Positions 38,701 to 50,600 of a DNA stretch of 63,883 bases are shown here, one piece after another. Source of the DNA: Gracilinanus agilis (taxonomy: Eukaryota). Each line of letters starts with the position of its first letter. Position 1 is the stretch's first letter. Under the pieces are notes generated by a model. The model made no database searches. It was not told the DNA's origin and saw only the letters and a program-made list of their open reading frames with translations. A program made the translations under genes and the position numbers. The DNA lies in the NCBI RefSeq assembly GCF_016433145.1, contig NC_058133.1:209220912-209284794 (forward strand). Direction: 5' to 3'.

Positions 38701-39612
38701 GTCCATAGCCGTCCAATCCTACAGAAAGATGATTTATTAGGACCTGGCCTTTCTTTAGGAGTCGATCTGGAAGCTACGGAGAGCCAAGTTCAAGAGTTCA
38801 AGTGTTCCCTTTTACACATCCTGCTTATGGAACTCTAGACAGATCATAACTTACTCCCTCCTCCACCGCACACACACACACACACCTTAACTCTCTCCAA
38901 TCTCCCTCCCTTGATTTAATGACATTGTTCTCTTTGCTGTTCCTCTGACAAAACTTCCATCGCTTGATTCCAAGCATTTTCCTGGCTGTCCCTGATGCCT
39001 AGAATGCCATCCCTCTTCATCTCTTGTCTCTTGACTTCCTGGAAATCCCAGCTAATATCCCTCCTCTCTACCTTCTACTGGATACTGGAAGCCTTCTATA
39101 CTATTTAGTTCTAGTGACTTCCCTCTATTAATACCCAATTACTTCAAATCCTATGAAGTAGTTTAATTATACTATATTTTATACTACTTCTCTCTGCATA
39201 TTTCCATTGGGCTAGAACCCTTCTCTCCTCTAATTTCTAACTCCTTACAATCCAACTTCTTCCCTTATTCCACTGAAACTGTTACCAGTTATCTCTTAGT
39301 TGCCAAATCCAATGGCCTCTTTTCTATCCTGATTCTCTTTGACCTTTGATCACTCTCCTCCTGGACTCATTTCTTTAAGTTTTCTAAACACCAGTCTTCC
39401 CTGGTTCTCCTACCTATCTGACAGTTCCTTCTCTCTCCTTTGCTGGATCCTCCTCCAGACCATGTCCTCTAATAGTAAGTGTCCTTCAGGGTTCTGCCCT
39501 GGGCCCTTTCAATCATCTTTCCCAGCCCCTGGATCTTCCCAAATGGTATATAAGTTCCCCAATTTCTTTTGTTCCTTGGAGTCATCATCTAGCATCATCT
39601 AGTGTCATCTAG

Positions 39613-40482
39613 TGCAGTGACACTCCCAGGGGGTCAGGGACCAGAGCAAGCAGAGTTCAATCCTGGGACTCTGCATAAGGCATGTGGCTCCCTGCTCTGA
39701 GTGGAGGCCTAGTCAGCCCTGTTTCCCCTTTTCCTTAATTAAAGAGTGACTTTTATGACTATTTAATAGTTCTGTGTTTTTTCTAAGTCAACAAAGGATT
39801 TAAGAAAGCTTTGCTGTTTTTCAGAGAGTGACTGAAACTACAAATTTCAAAGTGACATAGGGATTGTGCAGAGATGGCAGGGACCCTGTAGCCCTTAACT
39901 CAAGCAGGCTGTGAACAGGGGAATTCCCTTCCCCCTTCCTGCCCTTGTGACCCCCGAGGCAAAGACCATTATCCTTGGAATTCCTTTAAGTTTAGATAGA
40001 CAAAGAGATATACCTCCTCAATATCAAGTTGTATCTCCGACATCCATCTGTCCCCTAAACTATGAGGGTCATCCCCTACGTCTCCAGGCAGACCCTGATC
40101 AGATGACCAAACCCCGCACCGAATACCTGAGTGTTTACCACTCTAGAATCACATCCTCATCATGACACAGCATCATGTCCCCACGGTTGTAAAAGTATAT
40201 AATTGAGGGATTCAGGGGGCAGCCTCCCATGGCTGTTCCACTCATGCTGTCTTTCTGGCCATTAATCCTATCTTACTAATAAATCTTTCTTTTTACTTTT
40301 AAGATAAGCTTGGAGTCCTCTCATTCTTGAGAATGGTTTCCTTCCTGAACCCAGGGGTTCATCGTTTGCACCCCTATGACAAAAGGAGAGTGCCAACTTG
40401 CTTTTGTCAAAGAAGTTGAATTTCCTCAATTCGGAGTTCCCTATACCAGTGAACTTCACAGGCCTTAGCCCTTGTCCTACCA
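39613..40482 (+). mobile_element. Solo LTR (~870 bp) between the MRPS7 and GGA3 promoters
   Basis: TG...CA; TATATAA 40196-40202; AATAAA 40278-40283; several CpGs retained; TSD not resolved, so ends are approximate. Confidence 0.7.
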
Positions 40483-40979
40483 AGTACCCAGTTATTTGTC
40501 AAGAAAGTATCCTTAAGCTGGAGATACAGGAACAAAGCAGCTCTTTCCCACCAGGACCTACCCTCCCTTGAAAACTGGGACGGGGAGTATAAAAGGTAAT
40601 TTGAAAAGGAGAGAGCATTAGCAACTAGAAGGATTAGAAAGGGCTTCCTCTAAAAGGCAGAGATGAAAGGGTAAGCATTCCTGTGCAGAAAGCCCATAAG
40701 ATAGCAAGAATTCAGAAGAGAATCAGGACTTGAAACTAGCTATAACTCAGTGTAATGTAAGAGAAAATAAGCCTGGAAAGGAACTGAGGTGTTTGCATTT
40801 TATTCCAGAGACATTAGGTAGCACCTAAGCATTCTTGAGCTCCTGAGTGACTTTAATTGTGGGAGTGATTCTGGGGGCATACGGTTTGGAGAAAGGAGAG
40901 ACCAGAGAGAATCAGGGGAAACCACCTGGAGGATTAATGGCGATGGTCTGGGAGAGAGGACTTAGAGAATACGTGTCTG

Positions 40980-41600
40980 AGGTGCACTTAGAATTAAGCC
41001 CGGGAGGTACGGGAAAGAAACTTTCGCCATCCAGCCCCAGGCCTTCGTCCAGCCTTCACAGTAGTCAGAATTAGCTGCAGATTTCGCAGGGGAGTGGGGG
41101 AAGCCACTCAGAGTTTCGACGTTGCCTCACTCCCCGAAAAGGCTGAATAACCACTGGGAGCTCTGGCCCCGCCCATATCCCGGAAGGGCGGGGGATCCGA
41201 TTCGTCAGAGACCGCGCGCTCCTCTTGTCCTTTCCCCTCCCCTCTCCCTGCTGTTTTTCCGGTGACTCTCGCGAGTTCTGGGGCTCCCAGGCCGGGAGGC
41301 TGCAATATGGCGGAGGCCGAAGGGGAAAGCCTGGAGTCCTGGCTGAGTGAGTAACCGCGGCCCTACCCCGACCCCTGGGGCTCCCCGGCGTCTCGGCCCC
41401 ATTAAGTTCGGGTGTCCACCAATCCCCCCACTCTTGCCGTTCGTGGCTCCGCATTCCTCCTTCGAGCCGGGTTCCCTGACGCCGCTCCGGTACCCGCGTT
41501 CTGTCTCAGGCCCCACGGTCCCCTGGCTCCCCGGCTTGTCCGGTTCTAAAGCCCGCCTCATTCCGGCCAGGCCCCGCCCCAGGAACGGGAGCACTAGGCC
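40980..41600 (+). promoter_or_regulatory. GGA3: GGA3 CpG island / promoter with ETS site (CCGGAAG 41180-41186), GC boxes and TCTCGCGAGT (41267-41276)
   Basis: Motifs read directly upstream of ATG 41307. Confidence 0.8.
41307..41346 (+). CDS. GGA3: GGA3 exon 1
   Basis: aatATGGCG, MAEAEGESLESWL, TGA|GTGAGT; CpG island. Confidence 0.95.
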
Positions 41601-44600
41601 TGGGAGTGAGAGGGTACCATACATACACGTATACAGCTATCCTAGGGACACATGCATACATGTACACTCATCCCAGTGACACACATACATCCTTATTTAA
41701 TGGAGACAACACATACACACATACCCTTGTCCCAGCAAATACACCCTTCATCCCAGGGACATACAGGCATCCCAGGGATAACACACACAGGCACATACAT
41801 TCATCCTAGGAAGATACACAAACACATAGTATTCCCTGGACACAGAAGAAAATTTAGACGAGATCTGGAGGAGAATTTTGAAAGGGATTGACTCTTAAAA
41901 GGAGAAATGCAAGCTTTCTCTTTTCATTTAAAAGTCGGAACAAAGAAGAGTCTGTTATGCTCTTGGGATTAAATATTTACTCACCTGGACAGTTATGTCT
42001 TAATTGGAGGCTCTTGTTTATCATTATTCCTTTGTAGGGAACTATACTTGTTAGACTTGGGGTACAACTACAAAAAAGTGTCACTGTGTTATTTTCTAAA
42101 TGCTATAGCTTCACACACCCTTCGTAGATGATTGGTCTGTAGATTTAAAATTGGAAGGGACCTCAAAGGCCATCTAGTGCAATTCTCTTATTCCATAGAT
42201 GAGGAAACTGAGGTCCTGGGGCAAGTGACTTGCCCAGGTCACACTGGTAATTAGTGCCAGGAATGGGATTTGACAGGTGTATTCTTCCTGTGTTCTTCAG
42301 AGGGAATGAAATTGTGAAACTTTTTTTTTTTTTTTAAGTAGGTAGGATATGAGGGTTCATTTCAGTAGACATAATGCTTTGCAAAGTCACCAGGGATACA
42401 AAGATAGCTATGACACAGTTCCTGTTGTCAAGCAAGGGAGAGAGATACTGAGAAAATTGAGACATTAGATTCCATTTTCACCTAGAGGAATCAGAGAGGA
42501 ATTTAATGGAAGAGATGGCATTTTAGTTGAGGCTTGAAGGAAGAGAAAAGATCTGGAAGCATAAATAATTTGGTTTTTTGTTTTGTGTGTTTTTGAGGGG
42601 GTGAAGGGATGTGATTCTATTCCAGTTTTAGGAGATGGTATGTAAGCTGTGAGATAGGGCAGAATTAGAAGTGGGGAGCAGGGAACAGAAAATAATGTAA
42701 AATATGTGAAAAGGATGTAGTATGAGGTAAGATTGGATAGCTTGAAGTTAGATTATGAATTCTTTTAAATCGAGTATAGTTAGAATTTTATATTTTATTT
42801 AGTGGGGATCACAGAAGCTCTGTATCAACTGCTGTAGGCACTGACCACTTGTGGCTCTGTCTTAAGGATCGTTGAGTTTAGGCACAGGTTGGACTAGATA
42901 ATCATAGAAAAGTGATACCTAAGCATAGTCCTACTAAAAGATCTCTTTTTAGAAGGAGATTCAGCTGCTGTGCTCCAGGGAGTTACAGATAATTTATTTT
43001 TTTTTTAATAAATTTCCCAGAAAAGTGAGTACTAAATTAGAACAGAAGCAGACAAATATTCATTAAGTAAATAATGAAGTGGATCAAGAAGCTAAATATT
43101 GAGTTTCCACTGTCTTACTGCTTCCTCTACAGATAAGAATAACTATTTTTAAAAATTATAATAACATCTTGGCAGTTCTTAAAATATCCCTTATCTTAAC
43201 ACATGTATAATCCATTGGAATTGCTTGTCAGCTCCGGGAGTGGGAAGGGAGAGAAAATGAATCATGTAACCATGGAAAAATATTTTAAAATAAATAAAAT
43301 TTAAAAATAAAAAGATGAAAAAAATCCTTTATCTTAAAAGCAATCAGCTGAAAAACATTTGCTAAAGTTCATTGACTATTTAAAGGATTTTTAAAAATAT
43401 AATAGTATTGCATATTGTGGACATTATGATGTCTCAGATTTGTAAAAATGAAATAATTTTACAAAAATGATATTTTGCTGTCAAAATCAAGTTACACAAG
43501 GTCTAGTATATAAATACACAAGTTGAAATGGAAAATTTAAGCAGTTACTCAGATAATTCAAGGGGAAAAGCATATTTGTCTACATTATTTGGACAACATA
43601 GCACAAGTGGAAAGGCATTGGTCTCAATCCTGCCTTCTGAAGCTGGTGGTTTCTTTCATATTGAGTGAGAAGAAAACAGCAGAATATGCATTTGCAAACC
43701 TGACTTCCCGATAGATAGGACTATTCTTTAAAAAGCTCAGTTTCCTTTGTGGATATTTTATCAGGATTAATGTTCTCAGAATGCTAGTGAGGCATTTTTA
43801 AAGCTCTTTGCTGCCTTCAAAGCTGAGCAGGAGGTAGCAGGAAGTATGGAGCCCCCTTAGATAATCAACTGAAATATAGAGGACTGATTAAAGGACTGGA
43901 AAACTGGAATCCTGGAATCCAGGCAAGAAAGGTGAGTCCTGAGAGAATAACATTCCAGTAAGCTGTAAACTTGAAAACAAGGCCTCTTTCCTTCTTTAGC
44001 TTTTTTCCTTGTTTCCCGCCTTCCATCCTTTCTTCCTACCTGCCCTTCTTCCTTTCCTCCTTCCCTTTACCCCTCCAGCTGGCCAAGGTTTTTGTAACAA
44101 GCTTTCATCATTAAGTCACCATATTTACACAATGACAGTATAGATTCAGACATGCTTATAGGAGAAATAAAAATGGCCCCAAAGAGGCAAAGTTGGCAAC
44201 TGGACTAAGTATATGTAGAGAAGACTTCTGTTTTGGAGACAGCCCAATTGTGAGAGGTCATTGAGGGATTGATTCATTAAAGGAGTGGAAGATACAAATC
44301 AATGAATAAAATCTTGGAACTTACTATTAAAAAAAGGTGTACTAGAGAACATCCACTACTACTGATATATATCCTTACTCTTTGTACAGATCAAAGGCAT
44401 TCTTGCTAAGGTTATTGTGGAATAATCAGGCTTGTGCTAGCAATATTCTACAATGGACTACATACCTTTACCATTTCTTAGTTCACTGAAAGACAAGATC
44501 CTGTTGTATTTAGTGATAGTTAATTATGAAAAGCATTTGATTCCATAGAATTCAATGCTGCAGCTGTAAAGTTTGTCTTCCATACAATACTTCCAATATC

Positions 44601-47600
44601 ATTCAGAATGTCTTGAATGATAGATATATATAAAGGTTAAAATTAATGGTTGGATGATGATTATATGAAATTATGTGGTCGCCAGTATCATATCTTGAGT
44701 CAGAAATTTATTTACAAATATATACAAGTAGAGAGGAAACAATAAAGAAGAGAAATGTGAGGGGGATAGAGAAATGATCTATCCTATCAACCTAAATGTT
44801 TTGCTCCAGGTCTGCTTAATCCAGGTAGAAATTAATTAGCTCTCAACCAGAAAGGCTGGTAGTTAGTAATCACTGCAGCCTCCTCCAAGATGGAAGCTAG
44901 TCTCTCCAGAAGCTAGGAAAGGGGTCAGCCTTTTACTCACCCAATGAAATAGTCCAAGAGTCAGAGTCCAAGTAGAAGCCGTGCTCTGAGGCCATGATCC
45001 AGACCATAGTCTCCAGCAAAGCTCCCTTGAAGACTATCTAAGACTATCTCCAGAAGACAATCTCTTAAGATTATTTTCTCAATCTGCCCTGAAGGAGCTC
45101 AGGGCTTGCTTTTTATGGTGACTTCTTGTCCCTTCCCCTCTTCACAGGGGCCAGTCACAGTTTCCAAATTGTCTAGCACTGCCCAGGGGGCAGTGTCTAT
45201 AGGATCAGCTTCTCACCTTCTGAAGGTTAAGTACTCATCAAAAAGATTCACAGATTTCTGGCTGATTGAATCAAAAAGGCTCACAGTTTCCTGATTTGAT
45301 TGAATTTCTAAGGGTGTGAATTCTCTAAGTACCTGGCTAACTTCACACCTAGTACTAAGTAGGGTGTTTAATCTTCTGTTGATTCAATTTAAAAGTAGAC
45401 AAAGGGGGAGTTAATCCTGTCTTCAGTCTAGTGAGGTACTAAGAAGTGGTACTTAAGTTAATGTTAACTCAGGATAGACATTAGAGTAAAGAATTCTCTT
45501 TCACATATAACAACAGAAATAACTGTTCAGGGATACATTGATCTTAAACAAAAGATGAGGCATACAATTATATACATGGATACGTGGGCCACGACTGTGG
45601 AGGATAAATATCCAGCAGTCGAAAAGGGATTGCTTTAAGCAGTGAGACCCTCCAGTCATTCTTGCGAACACACACTGGACATTGTAGTACCTCTTAGCTC
45701 TCTCACCACTCAAAAGAATTTCCACTAACCATCCATGCAGGAAAGACCAATGAATAAAGATCTCTTGTTCGCATTATCATGTGCAGTTGCAACCAACCTG
45801 TAGAACTTGTCCATTTGAATCTATTTGGGGGCAGATAGTATAAATGTTAACTGAGTTTAAACTAAAATTAATAATAACAGAAGGAAGAGAGAGAGAGCTA
45901 GGTTGCCTTTATGAAATTACAGAGCTCCTTTAATGACCCTAGACTTCTGGAAACAAAGGCACATCTTTTTCATATTAAAGTTTTACCAATATTATGTAAC
46001 GGAAAGACATAGAACACAACAGCCTCCAAAGAATTAAAAGTGACACAAGACAATGGAGAAAAATAAAGTGGTATTAAGAGGTTGCAACATATTACCAATA
46101 AGGAGCTTCAAAGAATAGGAATCAAAGGCTTTCTAAGGGAATCTATGGTAAGAAGAAGACAAGATAGGCTGGTCATGTGTCAAGGGCAAGGGATGACAAA
46201 TGGACAGTCTAGTTAGTCCACTGGTATCTTTGAGATGTTAGGAGAAAGCAAGAAAGGTTTCTGGTATGTTGGATGGATGTCCTACACAGCAAACATAAGG
46301 GAGGTCATGATTAAGAAACATGAGATGAATGGGCATGGATTGTTTGAATTATATCATTAGAGGGAATATACAAACTCGTGTGATCAGTGGCCCATTTGAG
46401 TCTACCTAGCTGCTTGGTCACAGTACCTTGCAATTCAACAAGTATTTATCAAGCCATAAGTGCTGGGTACAGTGCTAGGTGATGATAGGCTAAGTGTTTG
46501 TTGTCTAATGGAGAAGTAAAATGACTTCTCTATGGTGACATAGCAAATTAGGTGAGCACAGTGATAAAGACTGAGCCTCAGGACTATGCACTGTGAATTC
46601 TTGATGAGGGAGAGCTGTACTGAGATATATAGATATAGATATATTATCCTCACAGTAACCAGGACTTTGATGTCACTAGACTATCTCTCCCTGCCTTAAT
46701 ATCTTGTTGCCTATATTTCCTCTCTCATAAAATTAAATTACTTAGCTTGAGGTTGAAAGCCCTCCCCAGGCTGTTTCTCACCAGACTTTCTAGGTTTATT
46801 TATTACTCCTCTTCCCTCCTCCTTCACACACTGTGTTTCAACCAAACTGGCCTACTAGCTTTTCCATTAATCATGTCACTCCTTTTTTCAGAAACCTATA
46901 TTTGTTTTATTTTTCACTCTCTTAAATGCCTATTCCCCTTTATGGCTATCAAGGCTCTTTATACTGTGACTGATATTTCTGACTGCTTCATACCCTCTGC
47001 TGTAGTCACACCATATTCAGTTCTATCCCAGGGTTTGGAATGGATCCAAGTATGGAGGAAGAGGAAGGAGCCAGTGACAATCCAGGTTTCAAGCTGGGGT
47101 GGCTGGATCTATTGTGGTCTTATTAGCAAAAATTAGAAATCAGGAAGGAGTCTTATTTTATAAGAGACCAGATTTGATGTTAGATGTTGAATTTCCTTAC
47201 ATCATTTAGTTTTTTATTATATGCTAATTGTTGCATATCTGTTGGTAATCTTTTTTCACAAAAGCTTTTAAGTTCATTGTTCTCAAAAAAATTAGTATTG
47301 TATAGTACATCTTGCCTTTGCTTAGTTCTAAATCATTTGTAATGCAGTAGTTGAGCAGGAAGTGAGTTTGTCACTTTAGGACTATCCATAGTTATTAGGC
47401 AGTAAATAGACCAATGGCAAAGGTTGCTTCCTCCATAACTACTAGGTGCTTGTAAATTTATCCTTTATACTATTTATTATTTGGATAAGGTTCCAAAGAC
47501 CACCAAAGTTAGTGATATAATTAAACTGAAAATGATAACAGAAAATGTACAGATGCATATACCAAAGGGAATTAGGCTTTGAGAAGAAATCTGAAAATAG

Positions 47601-50600
47601 ATGGAGTCTATGAGTCAGAGAAGTAAATAGAAGAGGGATAGTTTTAGATGGAAGAAGCTGCAGAACAGAGAGCCAGTATGTGCTTGGTTAGGGGACAGTA
47701 TGTTTGTGAGGAAGGGAGAGGGAGTAGAGAGAGTCTCAGAATTAAATGATTTGATCATGGATCCTAGAGGAACAAGAGAAAAGACACTTAGAAATAAAGC
47801 CTTTATGTACAAATGTATAGGCATTTAGCAGATCTGAAAGGCAAGAGAAGGCTGATAATTTTAGAAAATTTTGTCATAAGCAATTGCTATCAATAGAAAC
47901 ATACCAAATGAGGCAAAATTTCACCAAAAACTCTTAGCTTTTAACAAGTCAGGACCAAAAGAATTAAGAAGCAGAGATTTTTAAATTAATTAAATTAATT
48001 AATGTGTAATTTATAGCATATATAATATAATAAAATTATAATCAATAATAAAAATAAATCAATAATTAATAATTTAATTAAGAAGATAACATATCTTAAT
48101 TTATTCAACAAGCACATATTACATGCATACTAAATGCTAGACACTGTGCTGTGTGTTAGAGCTATAGACAAAAATTCAAAACAATTCCTGTTCTCAGGTC
48201 AGGGAGTTTAAATTTGGAGGAAACAATTGATGATGAGTAAGAGCAAAATATGTACAAAGTAAATACCAAAGGATTTAGATTAGAAGGGCACTAACAGAGG
48301 GGCTGGGGATCACTGCCTCATATAGTTGATAGGACCTAGGCTATGCTCCATCGGCAATTTGGGATTCAAAGAAGGCAGAGCATCTAAGCCTATCCATAGA
48401 CTCCAAGAAAGAAGAAAGAATGTCATATGTTGGAAAAAGCCAAGTAAATCTATTTGGCTAGAACATAAAGTATATGTGTTTGGGAGAGAAGAGTAATATG
48501 AAATAAGTTTGGAAAGGCAGGTTGAAGCTCAACACAGGTAACATGGTACAGTTATACTCAATTCATGTTGTTAATTCATTGGTCTGTTTCTTTAAATGCC
48601 CTCTAGAGAGCTCTTCTAGGAAGGAAGCAAGAAAGCAAGCAAGCAAGCAAGCAAACAGGGAGGGAGGGAAGTATTTGTTATGGGTTCCTTATGTCCAAAG
48701 CACTGTGCTAAGTGATGGGGATGTGTGTAGGAGTCAGACAGTTCCTTTTTCAAGTAGCTCATGTTCTTTTGTCCGTCCCCCCCCCCCCCAATTACCTTTT
48801 GGTGATTCTCTTGAGTTCTGTATTTAGACATCAAATTTTCTATTTGTCTGGTCTTTTCTTTATGAATGCTTGGAAGTCTTCTATTTTATTAAATGACCAT
48901 ACTTTCCCCTGCAAGAATATAGTCAGGTTTTGTTGGGTTTTTTTTTTTTTTATTTTTTAAACATTTATTAATATTCATTTTTAACATGGTTACATGATTC
49001 ATGCTCCTACTTTCCCCTTCACCCCCCCCCTCCACTCTCCCCCCACCCATGGCCAATGCACATTTCCACTGGTTTTAACATGTGTCCTTGATCAAGACCT
49101 ATTTCCAAATTGTTGTTAGTTGCATTGATGTGGTAGTTTTGAGTCCACATCCCCAATCATGTCCTCCTCAGCCCATGCGTTCAAGCATTTGTTTTTCTTA
49201 TATGTTTCCTCTCCTGCAGTCCTTCCTCTGACTGTGGGTAGCGTTCTTTACCATAAATCCCTCAGAGCTGTCTTGTGTCATTGCTTTCTGCTGGTACAGA
49301 AGTCCATTACATTCGATTTTACCATAGTATATCAGTCTCTGTGTACAGTGTTCTTCTGGCTCTGCTCCTTTCACTCTGCATCAGTTCCTGGAGGTCTTTC
49401 CAGTTCACCTGGAACTCCTCCAGTTTATTATTCCTTTGAGCACAATAGTATTCCATCACCAGCATATACCACAATTTGTTCAGCCATTCCCCAATTGAAG
49501 GACATACCCTCCTTTTCCAGTTCTTTGCCACCACAAAAAGCGCAGCTATAAATATTTTCATACAAGTCTGTTTATTTATGATCTCTTTGGGGTACAAACC
49601 CAACAATGGTATGGCTGGATCAAAGGGCAGGCATTTTTTATAGCCCTTTGAGCATGATTCCAAATTGCCAGCCAGAATGGTTGGATCAGTTCACAACTCC
49701 ACCAGCAATGCATTAATGTCCCAATTTTGCCACATCCCCTCCAGCATTCATTACTCTCCCCTTTTTTCATTTTAGCCAATCTGCTAGGTGTGAAGTGATA
49801 CCTCAGAGTTGTTTTGATTTGCATTTCTCTAATTATTGGAGATTTAGAACACTTTCTCATGTGCTTATTGATAGTTTTGATTTCTTTACCTGAAAATTGC
49901 CTATTCATGTCTCTTGCCCATTTATCAATTGGGGAATGGCTTGATTTTTTATACAATTGATTTAACTCCTTGTATATTTGAGTAATTAGACCCCTGTCAG
50001 AGTTTTTTGTTATAAAGATTTTTTCCCAATTTGTTGTTTCCCTTCTGTTTTTGACTACATAATATAGTCAGTTTTGCTGGGTAGTTGATTCTTGGTTATG
50101 GGCCTAGTTCCCTTCTTTCCAGAATATTATATTCCATGCCTTCCAGTCCTTCCATGTAGATGTTATCCTAACTGTGGTTCCATGGTATCTGAATGACTTC
50201 TTAGCAGCTTGTAATATTTTTTCCTTGATCTGGTAGTTTTGGCTATAAAATTCCTGGGTGTTGTCAATTGGGAATTAAATGTAGGAGGTGACCTATGGAT
50301 TCTTTCAATCTCCACTTTTCCCTCTCGTTCGAGAATGTTGGGGCAGTTTTCTTGGATAATTTCTTATAGGATGATGTCCAGGCTTTTCCTTTTGTCATGA
50401 TCTTCTAGTAGTACAATAATTCTTAAATTGTCTCTCTTCAATATGCTTTCAAGATCCAAGGTTTTGTCAATTAGGTGTTTCATATTTTCCTCAATTTTTT
50501 TATTCTTTTGATTTTATTTTATAGATTCTTGCTGCCTTATGAAGTAATTTGCTTCTAGTTGTTGGATTCTAATTTTAAAAGACTGAATTTCATCCCTGGC

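Noticed and set aside
41071-41679. Several overlapping 110-139 aa ORFs at the GGA3 promoter
   Set aside because: Pro/Gly/Arg-rich artefacts of high GC content; only the 13-codon GGA3 exon 1 has homology and a donor.
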